A stretch of 60,987 bases of DNA, the filler included, from Sphacelaria rigidula (lineage: Eukaryota), in the NCBI GenBank assembly GCA_964200075.2. It is 3 parts of 3 records of this genome, joined end to end, with 100 filler letters (N's around TTAATTAATTAA, not from the genome) between each part and the next. Parts side by side here need not be neighbours in the genome. Positions count along the whole stretch, not along the records: positions 1 to 20,263 come from CAXNAA020000549.1; 2 more parts are not named here. One strand, 5' to 3'. Below are positions 1-11,284 of the stretch, one piece after another (position 1 is the stretch's first letter; every line of letters starts with the position of its first letter). Under the pieces are notes generated by a model, which saw only the letters and a list, made by a program, of their open reading frames with translations, was not told where the DNA came from and did not search any database. The position numbers and the translations under genes were made by a program.

Positions 1-574
1 ATTTCGAGCTTGAAGAGTCGAGATTACACGAGAAAGATATCGGTGGATGTTGTGGAGAACGCGCTGAGTCAGTAAGGCAACAGTCTGCCTGTGTGTTGGT
101 ATGTTTTCCGCAAAAACCTTTCTTGCTCACCTTCTTCTATCATACCTTAAATTCACTCACTCTTCCCGAGGACGCGTTCGTATCCTCAAGGAGTCAATCC
201 ATCTCTCCAGCGGTATCTCCCTTGTAGTTTATCGAGCGTTAGATCAGCGCTTCAGCATTCCACCGGCTTTCACGAAGTTTTTGTCAACTCAAGCACTCGC
301 ACATTCCACGATGGAAACCACAAAAAAAATCTATGCGACCGTTGGGATTGAAAACCACGTCTTTTTTTCGTTACACTTTCAACTTACCTCCTTCCTCGGA
401 ACTATTTCGTGGTCTCAAGTAACCAATCCATCCCTCCCCCGGCACACGCCTGACATTTTGGGATCGCAGATGGGATCAATACTCACAATTGCGTCGACTC
501 TCGTCTGCAAAACTTCATTTGCTGCTACTGCTGTCCCCACGTTTCCAACGGCAGGAGTTAGATACGCCGTAGAT

Positions 575-666
575 AAAAACCCCGGATGCATCGGCAGGGA
601 ATCGAATCCTCAATCTTCCGTCCCAACGGGTTTCAGGTTGGTCCAGTTAGACCGCCGGGGCGCGGC
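575..666 (-). mobile_element. tRNA-derived SINE-like head (Pol III A/B boxes)
   Basis: Minus strand reads GCCGCGCCCCGGCGGTCTAACTGG (A-box-like) ... GGATTCGATTCCC (B-box-like) at tRNA-like spacing; no intact cloverleaf. The 3' extent of the element is unclear. Confidence 0.55.
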
Positions 667-851
667 GTCGCTACTTCGCCCGAACTAGCCGATGACGCAC
701 CACCTTTATCGCCAGGGCGCGTCGACCTGAAGCTGGGAGTGTCTAGAACCTCTCATGACCTACAACTCTACAGAGAGATGAAGCGGGTTTACGCGGACCC
801 GGGGACATGAGCCTATAGTTGAACACGAACTGTTTTCGTCAGCTTCTAGCG

Positions 852-877
852 CTAACCCGAACCCTGACCCTAACCCT
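852..877 (+). repeat. Degenerate telomere-like (TAACCC)n tract, interstitial
   Basis: CTAACCCGAACCCTGACCCTAACCCT, about 4 imperfect units. Confidence 0.6.
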
Positions 878-1835
878 ATCTCAAGTCATACCGAGCAAGG
901 AGAGTATATACATACAGTGCCCCACGCCGAGAATGCGTTGGAAGAGCTCAAATCGGCGCCACAGGCGCCGATTCGAACCGAGACGCTTGCTGCGCACGCT
1001 GAGCGAGCGCTTGGAATTGATTTATGTATAGATCAAAATATTATGGTGTACACTGGTACCCAGTATCGTTCGACCATGGGGTTTTGTCGCCGACTTCGCG
1101 TTAACGCTAATGCCAGAGATGAACTGTTTCCTGGAATATCAAGACCGCTGCACATATCCCGCGCAAAAATCCCGCAAATCGTTCCGCGATAACCACAGTT
1201 ATATGCCATGCTACGAAATCTAACTGTACCGTACAGCTGACGTAATTGCCAACATATTGCGCTTTGTGCATACATATAGACAAATTATCCTAGGCTGTGG
1301 CTGTATGTCTGTACGGTATGACGTCATCCAGTCCATGCGTCAATGTTCAGTCCATGCGACAAAGGGCAGGTCGGGTAGGGTAAAGCCGACATACTGGTAT
1401 TTTGAAAGAGGAGATCCGACCCATGCCCACAGCAGCAGCCAGCCGGCCAGCCAGCCCAGTGCTCTTGTTCCCCTCTCTAAAGCCCATACAAGTCATTGTG
1501 GTTAGCTTGGGCAGGTGGTGTGCGACGTTTCAGCAGCCCAAAAATATCGTGTATAATCCACCCGACCTGCCCTTGCAAAATACGTTCGTTTGCAACGTCC
1601 TCAAGTACGACCTTACAATACGTCGTACCCAGTGCTCAACGCTAAGAGAACGTTGGCCTGTAACGCTTGAGCATCACAGTATTCTCAGGTGACGGCCAAT
1701 CGATTGTGCTAAACACATGAAAATGATGTGGCAGCACTTGTGACAACTGATGGCTGAGACACCGTGTACCTAGGAACACTATGTACTCGTGAATGCAGGA
1801 TGATGTGGGATGGGTGACTACTGTAAGATGTATTA

Positions 1836-2192
1836 CGTGTGTTGTTGTGTGTGTTGTCATCCAATCTATTCCGAACACCAGTCTACACCTTTCGGTATAC
1901 GTGGCTGCAATAGCCGGGGTCACACAGGAGAAAGGCCTACACAGGATTGTTTTTAGTACTCCACACCTTCCCTCTGCGGTGCTTGCTTCATTTTTTATCG
2001 CGAGAGGGGTCCAGCGGTCCCTTTCCCTCGTCGACCGCCAAGTCATTTTTTTTGTACCCATGACATCGTCGCTCTCCACTGTTGGGCATAGAGTGAGAAA
2101 ATTCCCAGCTCGTGTGACTCCACCGAAATTTGAAGACACGGCCCAACCGTCAGGAGGTTTCGAGGTTACCAAGTGAGCCACCGGGGCGACCG
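1836..2192 (-). mobile_element. Full-length tRNA-derived SINE with simple-repeat tail and 6-bp TSD
   Basis: Minus-strand head CCGGTCGCCCCGGTGGCTCACTTGG (A box) and GTCTTCAAATTTC (degenerate B box); tail ACAACACACACAACAACACACG; flanking direct repeat GTATTA at 1830-1835 and 2193-2198. Confidence 0.7.
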
Positions 2193-2458
2193 GTATTATG
2201 ATAACAAAGAATCACTTACTCACAGTACACAAGTTCTGAATCACTTGACTGTGCTGTACAATACCGGGCGCAAGCTACTTGACTTTGGTGATCGGGATCG
2301 TTTATCAGGGTCGTTGTGAACGGGATTTTTTTTCCAGACTTTTTCGACTTTAACCGAAACGTTTTCCGACTTTGTTAAAAACAAAAAAAAGAAGCTGAAA
2401 TACAAATGATTTGCTACTGTAGATTTTCTAAGTAGTCATATGATACTTTCTACGATAG

Positions 2459-2871
2459 TGTAATATGGAAAGGCTCCGCACACCTTCCTAGATGAGTGTT
2501 TATCAATGTGCTGCAAGCTTGGTGAAGTGCACAAGGTGCAATGTGTTCGACAAGCTATGTGTTTCACACACACAGGTTCACGTGACTGTTGGTCCAAACA
2601 AAACAAAGGAGCTCGAAGGCTTGGTATCTTGTTATTCTCGCTTATTATTCTCTTGCTCGCCAAGCGTACTGTTCTCACCCAAGGTAAACAGTAGGTGCAG
2701 ATGGTCCAGCTCAGATAGTGATCGAGGGTGCAAGTAACACAACCTCTCTGATCTAGGCCCGAGAAGGCATTCCTTCTCCTCGGGGCTAGGGTACGCAAGT
2801 CTGCATGCCAACCTTCCCCGAAACTGTCTGAAGGAACAAATAACGCCCCTCTATCTTCCTTCCTCATGACA
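2459..2871 (-). repeat. 3' LTR (413 bp)
   Basis: Plus strand TGTAATA...CATGACA; collinear similarity to 15917-16466 (e.g. CTTATTATTC.CTTGCTCGCC.AGC..ACTGTTCTCACC.AAGGTAAA and GGAACAAATA.CGCC.CTCTATCTTCCTTCCT). Confidence 0.88.
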
Positions 2872-2882
2872 CTCACCCACCG
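2872..2882 (-). other. Polypurine tract (PPT) candidate
   Basis: Minus strand CGGTGGGTGAG directly precedes the TGTCA start of the 3' LTR. Confidence 0.55.
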
Positions 2883-3470
2883 AGACGAACCTCTATTTGA
2901 GTTGCGATGAAATCTCAAGAGCAACTAAAATTGGGGCTTGTCTCACTCATCAAGTCATGCGGAGACAACGCGAAAAAAAAAGGGGGCAATGACCAGCCCG
3001 CGCCCGATTCTCCCACACCCCAAACGAGAAAAACTAAAGGTGCCTCAAAAAGCGCAATTTCGAGATTGCGGTTGACTGCGCAGTAGCACACAATGCTGCT
3101 GCGAGCTAGCGAACAGACGGGAAAAGTACACAATGCTGTGACGCGCTAGCTAGATAAAGAGCAAAGGAAAACCTCGCAAAGGGCACAGGGGCAATCTCAA
3201 GCAGGGAAACAAAAACTCAAGGACCCGAATAGGGTCGAGTGTCAGCCGGACAAAGTGGTGGCAGCGTAAAGGCCAATGGAAGGGGGCGAAGGGGATTCAA
3301 AGGAAGGCGTCGAAGGGGTCGATGAGGGCAGAGATGAGCCGTGATAGGAGAGCCATAGTAGGTGAAGCAGTGAAGAGAAGAGCGTACCTGAGTGGGGATA
3401 AGGGAAGTACCAGAACCAAACTGGGAGGGGAGAGAAAAATCGCGATAAAGGGAGTGGAAAGAGATAGGAC

Positions 3471-3719
3471 TCAAGATAGTGCATTGATGTCGTGTGTACG
3501 ATCGATATTGCGTTGAAGGCCTCGGCGTAGGCCGTGTGACATGGAGAGTTGTAGGCACCATGAGCCGCGGGGTGCGGAGGGGCTAGTCGTGTGTATGGGG
3601 CGAAGCTTAAGCTGAACGGACCCAGGGTCGTCGAGGAAACGCACGATGTACGTGTCAGCCGCGAGGGCATCGACGGAGTGGATCTGACCTAGCCACCAGA
3701 GGTAATCGCTGCCCTTATA
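3471..3719 (-). pseudogene. Integrase C-terminal extension: PWWP/Tudor-like (Royal family) domain, in frame after a single TGA
   Basis: Manual translation continuing the 3720..4490 frame: PKGAYS*YKGSDYLWWLGQIHSVDALAADTYIVRFLDDPGSVQLKLRPIHTTSPSAPRGSWCLQLSMSHGLRRGLQRNIDRTHDINALS*; 82 open codons ending at TGA 3471-3473. Confidence 0.6.
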
Positions 3720-4490
3720 TCATGAATAGGCACCTTTAGGGAGCGGTTGATGTTTTACGCGAATCTTTTCGTCCCATTGTTTGGTGGGTACGAGTTCGTA
3801 ACCATCGGCTACAAAATGTAGTCCTTTGTCGCGGTGGAGTTCGCGGGCTGCAGCACCGCGTCTCATGTTGCGATATCCCTTGTTGTCAGCGAGCTGTTGC
3901 TGTGGGGATTGCGTCCAATAAAGAAGGATAGCACGACGGTGCAGTTGAAGGTCGGACTCGCGTTCCCAAGACGCACGCCGAAGACCTTGCCAGTGTGTCT
4001 TGTACATGACAGCAATTTTGCCGCCAGGATCTCGAGTGATTTGGTGGCCGGAAATGTGGGACACGGCCAAGCGGAGAGGTTGTTCAGTCACGTCATCGGT
4101 GGTAACGTGGTACGGTGGAGATTTTGTTGAGTAGCTCTTGAGCACGTAATGAGTGAGACCTGCAGGCAGGTGTTGAGGCATGTCAGTAGTGTCATGCGGG
4201 TTCGTGCAAGGCTTGCAAAGATGCACAGAGACGCGAGATTCAAGATCATGTCCCTGGAGGTCACGAGGTAAATCGAGGTGGAGGAGTTTGTCGCCAACAG
4301 GCTTGCCATCTGGAGACGTTGGCGAGGGTCCTACTATGAGAATCTTGAACAGACCCGTCCAATTAAGGAACAATTTGGTCTTCAAGACTGTGGCATGGGC
4401 AGTGCGATCAGCGCCTTGACGGATGGTGAACAAACTGTTGTAGATCCAGACCCAATCGCCGATTTTCCAAGTAGGGCGTTTGTGCATCAA
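3720..4490 (-). pseudogene. Integrase C-terminus: GPY/F module plus chromodomain
   Basis: WKIGDWVWIYN...KLFLNWTGLFKIL (GPY/F-like) and VSHISGHQ...MYKTHWQGLRRASWERESDL...ILLYW (chromodomain Y-x3-W-x-G...WE pattern). Confidence 0.85.
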
Positions 4491-6443
4491 GTTGTAAAGG
4501 GCGGTATTGGATCTTTCAAGGCGTGAGGCATTGATAGCGTGTTATTCGCGCACCAAAGTGAAAGCCTTGCGCTGACGAGCCCTGGCGAGGTCGTGGTAGG
4601 ACAGCTGATCCTGTTCCAGACCTTGGTGATCATCGAAGGTATGTCTTTCGAAAACGGTGATGGGCACACGAGGGTAGCGTCCAAGATGCAGCTCGTTGGG
4701 CGAGAGGCCTGCAGCCGCATTGACCGAATTGTTGTAAGACAGCATGGCATGCGAAAGGTGAAGGTCCCAGTTATTTTGGCGGTCGTTTACGACCATTGAT
4801 AGCATTTGAGCCATGGTGTGGTTCACACGTTCAGTGCCACCGTTACCGTTAGGGTGGTAGGCGCTCGTGGCAATTTTACGAATGCCGAGGAGCTTGTACT
4901 AAGCATCAGAGAGTTCGGAGCAAAATTCCTGATCATTGTGGGAGAGGAGCCGTTTCGGGCAGCCATAGTGCTTAATGTAGTCATGGACGAGAATGTCCGC
5001 TGTGCCGGCAGCAGTGAAATCGCTAGCAGTAACAGCGTACATAGACGCGTGACGGCTGAAGCGGTCGGTGAAAAGCAGAATGTAGGTATTACCACGGTCA
5101 GTGGTGGTAAAGGGCCGAAGTAGTCAAACGATACGAAGTGACCAGGAGCGTTTGGAAGTTCCATGGAAATGACCGGCCATCGTATAGTCTGTCGAGAGGT
5201 TTTGCGAACCTGACATTTGAAACATCGTCGGATCCACAAGCGCGTGGATTCTTCCATGCCGATCCACCAATAAAAGCGTTCAAGGAGCGCTAAGGTGCGC
5301 GTGACGCCCAAGTGGCAGGACAAATCAGAGTGACAGCCCTTCATGACCCACGGACGCATCATGATAGGGACATAGATACGGATAGGGGCGTCATGACGCA
5401 TATGTGCCGGAGTGGCAGTTGTGACTGCGGCAGCCGTGCCCAAATGGGAGTTGGGTCGGCGAACCAGCAAATGGACGTCGTCGTCAGTCGCGAAGATAGT
5501 ACCTTTGCGTGCAAGCTCGAGCACTTCAGAGGCGGTGGGGGCGGGTAGAGTGTTCACGGGGGTCAGGATCTCAGTCGGGAAAGGGGTGGGGCAGTTAAGC
5601 CGTAAGTCCCGCATTGTCGCGCGACAAAGCGGTTCCTGTTGTTGGTCGCGAGCCCAATGGCGGTGAGAGTAGCTAGCGAGAAATTCTCGAAGTTGTCCTT
5701 CAGCCGGAGAGTCAACCAAACATGGTGGCTCAGGAAGGGGTGGCACAGGTGAGGAAGAAGGGGTGCCGACGTCAACATCTTGATCCGGAAGCGGATCTGA
5801 CGCATGCGTATCGCGAGTCAGAGGCGCAGGTGCAGGGAGATTCCCAGAAGGCGGCGTGGGGGGTAGCGCGAATTGGTGAACGTGATCGGCGCGTTGGGCG
5901 CACAAGGGGCGCGGACTTTGTCGGTACAACACTAGGCACGCGACCGGTTGTGGTAGGTGTTGTACGGTTCGTGGGGGCACGAGGCGGCGGCGGCGACGCA
6001 TTGCTAGAAGCGGCCGACGGCTGCGGTGGTATTACGGCACGCGAATAATTTGCACGAGATGCCGACCGAGAACGCTTTGTTGTCAGAGGTGAGGTGAACA
6101 GTTGGTAGTGGCGGCGCCGAGATGTTCGCGCGAGAGCCGAAAGTGCGGAAGTGGGCAAAATCAGCTGTGGGCACTAAGCCATCCAGAACTGCATCAGGGG
6201 GCAGAGGGCGGGGGCCCCCATGTGTAGACCTGTTTCAGGGCATTGCAGGTCAAGCGCGTGGATGGGCGTAGAAAGACGCCGAATGGGATAGACGCCTGGT
6301 TCATCAGATTCAGTCAAGTGGCGAGCGGGACTGAAACCTACCGCTGTAGGGGGCAGAGGCAATTGCGAAAGAAGGTCAGCATTGCCGTTGGTTTTGCCCG
6401 GACGGTGTTCAACAATGTACTGGTAAGCAGTCAAGAACTCCAG
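4491..6443 (-). pseudogene. End of RNase H, low-complexity linker, integrase HHCC zinc domain and DDE core (frameshifted)
   Basis: LEFLTAYQYIVEHRPGKTNGNADLLS; CHSDLSCHLGVTRT...FYWWIGM...CFKCQ (HHCC); FVSFDYFGPLP; NHTMAQML...WDLHL...YNNSVNAAAGLSPNELHLGR. Split across several frames. Confidence 0.9.
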
Positions 6444-9400
6444 TCACCATTGTACGCGGGGGTTATGTTCTCCAACCTTAGCGAGTTGTTCAAGAGCTCC
6501 GTGATCTGTATAGATGTGAAAAGGCACGTGGAACAAGTACTGTCGAAGCCTTTTTATAGTCCAAGTTATGACTCCGCCTTCGAGTTCGAGTGGACTCCAG
6601 CTTGCCTCGTTTGGGAGGGTTGCGCGGCTGATGTACAAAATAGGTCGGACACAGCCATCCTGTTGAGGCTGATTTAAAACGGCGCCGAATCCATCTGTGC
6701 TAGCATCGGTGTGTAGTTGGAAAAGACGTGAACCGTCTTGTACCGCGTCCCAATCCGGAAAACAAAGAACCGGTTTTTCGGTCAGTGTTTTGAGCAGTTC
6801 GCGGACGGTGGCTTCCATTTCTTCAGTGAAGACAAACGGGACGTTTTTCTTCAGTAAATCTGTGATGGGCCGGATCCGCTTGGACATGTTGGGCAAAAAT
6901 TTGCGATAATATGAAAGTCCACCCAACAGCGAGCGAAGCTGCGAAATAGTGGTGGGCATGGGCATATCAGTCATAGCCTTGACCTTGTTCGTGTCTGGGT
7001 GCAATCCAGCAGGAGAGATAGAGTGTCCCAAAAACCCCAATTCAGTGGCTCCGAGTCGAGCTTTGAATGGAGACAATTTCAAGTCGTGTGTACGCAAGCG
7101 CGAGAGAAATTCCCGTAGAGTGCGAACATGCGCGTCGGGGGAGGCATCAAAAGCGATAGCATCGTCTAGATACATGATAACATGCTCGAGACCGTCAGTA
7201 ACGCGTTGCATGAGGCGTTGAAAGCAGCCAGGCGCGGTGGCAGCGCCTTGTGGCATACGAAGCCATCCAAAAAGCCCTGAAGATGTACAGAACGCCGTCA
7301 AGGGAACTGTATCGGGGTGAATTGCATTTTGGAAAAATCCAGAGGTCAGATCGAAAGTGCTGAAAAGTTTTCCTTCGCCGAGAGAGCCGAAGACTTCGTC
7401 GATGCAAGGTATGGGGAGTATTCCCACGACAGTGACGCGGTTCAGCCGTTTGTAGTTCACGGTGATGTTGCCATCTTTTTTGGGGACGACCACGAGGGGT
7501 GAGGCCCATGGCGAAGACGAGTGTTGAATCAGACCAGCTCCTAAGTAGGCATCCAAAATAGCATTGACTTTTTTGGTGAGGAGGGGATTCGTTAGAAATG
7601 GTCGAGACGAGATTGGCGAAACGCCAGGTTGCAGTGTTATCTCGAATGGCAATGTTTTACAATGCCCGAGATCCGTCTTGGATCGGGAAAATCTGTCCTG
7701 ATATTCCAGGAGAACATCTTGTAGCTCTTGGATGACGGCGGGCTCCCAGCCCGGAACATGTAGGTCAAAATGGATATCACGCAAATGAGGTGGAAGTTGG
7801 TGCCACATTTGCAAGAAATGTTCTCGAGACTCGACCGATAAGCGTTGAAGCACTTCATCAGGAGGTTCAGCAGGGGGTCTATCGGATTCCACCGCAGAAA
7901 TCTGTGTCAGGGATGAGGCGGAGAGATTGAAGTATGGCTCATCGACGCAGTGAACAAAACCATCGGTCGGCGGCGTGAGATCAGGCGCCGGAGGGTCGGC
8001 AACACGGGATTCCCGAGGAATGTGCGTAAGAGGAGCCGCGGTGATGCCCAAGGCATCGCCAGGTTCCAAATTAGCATGGCCTGTAAGAGGCAGGAGTTGT
8101 TCGCCGTCCGAGACAAAATGCTCAGTGCCAGCGGGCGCACCGACTTTAGGCAGTAATTCCGCAAGGTAGTGGCCGGTGAGGGTAGGCATACCGTTGCGGC
8201 GAACAAGCAAAACTTCCAAGAGTTGAGGCTCGTCGGAAAGGGTGACGCCAGAACTGCCAGTGTACCGAAGATGGTAAGCCGCTCCGGTAGCCTGCTCATT
8301 CGTTTTGTAGGCTAAGGCACCATTGAGGGTACCAAAATATTCCAGTTGGAGTTCTCCACGAGGCGCCGACTGAGGCGATAATGGTGGGAGGGTGCGGTAC
8401 GTACGTTGGTCGAACCGCATGAAGCTATCTCTGCCAAGAAGGAGAGCATGATGCATGGTGCTATCAGGGACGATGCAAGCCCAGACTGCGAGACTAGCCG
8501 AACGTGTGTCATTGTGAAAAAATTGTACACTAAGACGAACAGATGTTCGTGTCGTCAAGGGTGTTTTGGAGTCGCCGAACCCGCCCCAAATGCGAGGTTG
8601 GGTGGTGATTTCGCAGACATCGGAAGCAGCGCTAGTCTGTTTCATATGATTCCACATGGATTCTTGGGTGAATGTCTGTGGACTACCGCTGTCTAACAGC
8701 GAGACGCACTTGGCGTGCGCGGTGGCGTAAGGGCCGCAGTGTAATGCTACTGGGGTAGTGAAGGTGGCAGGATCAACGGACACTTTACCACCGACAAGGT
8801 CAGGGTCATGTTCAGATAACGTGAATTGGTCAGGATTAGTCGGACTGACCGTGAAAACGGATGGCGGGTGATTCGCGGGGGGTTCGAAGGTATCGATAGA
8901 CATCGTGGGGGTCTGATCCGATCGTGAAGGGCAGCGTGAATCAGGATTTTGATCAATCTCGTAGATGACTGGCTTGGAAGTACAAGGATCATTGTTGAAG
9001 AGAGATTGCTGCAAAGTCCGATAGGGGTCATCGGTGGAGGATGCGGTACCGTCTGAAAGGTCCGATTTGGATTCCTCTTGGATGCCTGGCAATGTCATCG
9101 AGCTCAAAGTCGCCGCTTTTTGGGGAGAATGAGGTCGGAATTTTCCGCTGACGGGAGGGGGGCGTGTCAATGCTCGCGCTTCCGTGGGGGCATGACGACG
9201 AGGCTTCCTCTCGTGCCGTGACAAATGGCTGGGAACTTCCAAGACTTCTCGGGAAACTGCAACTACGTCCAGTTGAGGTGATGTTGTCAGCATCGGGGTA
9301 TGCTCAGCCGAAACTTGTGGACTGTCCACTGGCAAGCTCGGTACGAAGGGCACTGCTAAACGTGAAAGGAGACGAGTGTTGTCCACTGTATGTCGGGGTA

Positions 9401-9632
9401 GTTTCGCGGAAGAAGAGTGGCGCGAAAAACGACTACGATCAGGCTGGGTAGGAGTCGAAGGGTTTGAAGTGGTCAGTTTCGAACCATCAACATCAGAACC
9501 AGTTGAAGGAAATCTGCTACAACCGGTGCGTGCGGTCGTTGAGGGAAGCCTGTGCCTCAAGGGTCCGCGGTCGGTCTTCCCACACCTCAGATTTATACTT
9601 AGTTCCGGAGGACCAATTCTGGAGCCAAGCAT
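6444..9632 (-). CDS. pol: Pol: aspartic protease, reverse transcriptase and RNase H (1062-aa open segment of the polyprotein)
   Basis: LLDSGS protease motif; SPWASPLVVVPKKDG, FSTFDLTSGFFQ, RMPQG, YLDD (RT); LHTDAS, LELE, IYTDH (RNase H). Ends at a TGA that replaces the conserved W of 'R..RW'. Confidence 0.96.
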   Translation of the reverse strand: MLGSRIGPPELSINLRCGKTDRGPLRHRLPSTTARTGCSRFPSTGSDVDGSKLTTSNPSTPTQPDRSRFSRHSSSAKLPRHTVDNTRLLSRLAVPFVPSLPVDSPQVSAEHTPMLTTSPQLDVVAVSREVLEVPSHLSRHERKPRRHAPTEARALTRPPPVSGKFRPHSPQKAATLSSMTLPGIQEESKSDLSDGTASSTDDPYRTLQQSLFNNDPCTSKPVIYEIDQNPDSRCPSRSDQTPTMSIDTFEPPANHPPSVFTVSPTNPDQFTLSEHDPDLVGGKVSVDPATFTTPVALHCGPYATAHAKCVSLLDSGSPQTFTQESMWNHMKQTSAASDVCEITTQPRIWGGFGDSKTPLTTRTSVRLSVQFFHNDTRSASLAVWACIVPDSTMHHALLLGRDSFMRFDQRTYRTLPPLSPQSAPRGELQLEYFGTLNGALAYKTNEQATGAAYHLRYTGSSGVTLSDEPQLLEVLLVRRNGMPTLTGHYLAELLPKVGAPAGTEHFVSDGEQLLPLTGHANLEPGDALGITAAPLTHIPRESRVADPPAPDLTPPTDGFVHCVDEPYFNLSASSLTQISAVESDRPPAEPPDEVLQRLSVESREHFLQMWHQLPPHLRDIHFDLHVPGWEPAVIQELQDVLLEYQDRFSRSKTDLGHCKTLPFEITLQPGVSPISSRPFLTNPLLTKKVNAILDAYLGAGLIQHSSSPWASPLVVVPKKDGNITVNYKRLNRVTVVGILPIPCIDEVFGSLGEGKLFSTFDLTSGFFQNAIHPDTVPLTAFCTSSGLFGWLRMPQGAATAPGCFQRLMQRVTDGLEHVIMYLDDAIAFDASPDAHVRTLREFLSRLRTHDLKLSPFKARLGATELGFLGHSISPAGLHPDTNKVKAMTDMPMPTTISQLRSLLGGLSYYRKFLPNMSKRIRPITDLLKKNVPFVFTEEMEATVRELLKTLTEKPVLCFPDWDAVQDGSRLFQLHTDASTDGFGAVLNQPQQDGCVRPILYISRATLPNEASWSPLELEGGVITWTIKRLRQYLFHVPFHIYTDHGALEQLAKVGEHNPRVQW

Positions 9633-9641
9633 AGAGCTGGG

Positions 9642-11284
9642 TTATGAGTCAACACAACGGTTACGCTGTGTGTGTGAAGATAAAGACGGGGATCGAGAAG
9701 AACGGCCGTCATTAGATCTCCTACATAGTGTTGGGTGAGAACGTTTCGTCACCCGAGTGTGTGTTGGATGAGTCTTCGATGTTGCTATCGGCGGCCCCGT
9801 TCGCTGGTGATGACCATGCGAAAACTGAGAAGGGCGAAAAGAACTATCTCTATGACGACTACCTGGGACGGTGTTGGTGGTGTGGCGACGGTCGCGATTT
9901 GAGCGAGAGTCGCTATGATGTTGGTAAGGCTGGCGATGGTGGCGAGAAGGTGGACGATACTCGCGCATGGGTTTTTGCCATCGGCGCCACGCCTGCCTGT
10001 TGCTCTGAAGTTCAGGGTTCATGAACGAAAATTATTGATGCAAGGTTCAGGGCAGTCACGCATACTGTGGCCAGTACCATTGCAGTTGATGCATGTGTTA
10101 GCATGGCGACGGAAAGCATCCTTGCGAGCCGAAGGCGAAAGCAAGGGGGTCCACAAACGTGCGTCATCGGTGATGAAAGCGGTTGTGGAAACGACGTAAA
10201 CGTAATCAAAAGTGTCTGCTGAAAAAGGCCAAGCGTCGAAGCTTGCACGGAACGGGCCTTTTTTGCTACGAACAGACATGACCGATCCACCGACAGAGTT
10301 GCGTGTTCAAGTATTACTTGACAAAATCTGAGTGCGTCCACGAGACCCGGAGGTACTCGTGGATGCGGCACGCAGGGTCTGCGAAGACCCAGAAGAACAA
10401 TGTGTGCCACGGATGGCAGGCGTCAAATTGTGTTCTTGATCTACGAACGCAGTCCACATCGCGTCTATGGAGGCGTAAGGCACCTTTTTGTGCGTCAAAG
10501 CGCCCGGAAACAAAGACGGCATCAGCGTCGGAAATTGCTGAGCGATACTATTGCGAACGTATGTTTGACACCTAGCATCACTAGGGCTATTCTGTCGTCC
10601 GGTACCAGTCACACTTGACACCAAAAGCTTGAATTCGCGTAGGTAGTCAGCAAAGGGCACGTCTGTTGCCACGGCAAAGGAACTGAAGCGCTTGATGGCG
10701 CCTGCCTGATCAGACTTATCAAAATAACCTATGAAACGCCTTTCCAAATTGCTGAAAAATAGCGGCGCTGTTTGCCCTCCGGCACAATCTTGATCCATGG
10801 CGGCGAAGAAGGAGTCGAGAATCTGCGTCAAAGAAGCAACAACGTCAGGGGATCGATGGCTGATTGAGCGGTGCAAAGCCTTATGCAGCGGTGTTTGCCA
10901 TCCATCAATTCAGTCAGAGTCTTCGAAACGTTGTTGACCACTTGCATCGGCCAATTCAAGGATGTTGCGCATCGTTCGACGCATTGAGGGAGTGAGAGCT
11001 GACGTAAACTGACCAGAGTCTTTATTGTCTGCAGCAGGCATGGTTTTGATATGCCAAAGTTTCTTTACATCCATCTGTAAGTACTCTCGCTTGATGGCAG
11101 CGACACGAGACGCTTCTCTACGAGTATCGGAAGCCATTTTATCTGCGGCAGCTTGTAGTTTGGCTGCGGCGGCGGCAGCTAGTGACCGAGCCGAGGTTGA
11201 AGACAATGGGCGAGCCGAGTTGTCACTATCACTATCCGTGAGACCTAAAAGGCGAGCAGACGCAGCTGCTAAAGTAGGCGTTAC
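9642..11284 (-). pseudogene. gag: Gag (capsid-like region plus CCHC zinc knuckle), interrupted
   Basis: ORFs 10910..11206, 10307..10876 and 10019..10279 share one frame separated by stops. CINCNGTGHSMRDC is CX2CX4HX4C. ORF 9642..10022 is in the pol frame. Confidence 0.8.

Noticed and set aside
9633-9650. Programmed stop readthrough between gag and pol
   Set aside because: The TAA lacks a recognised readthrough context and the element has many other random stops; a point mutation is more parsimonious.
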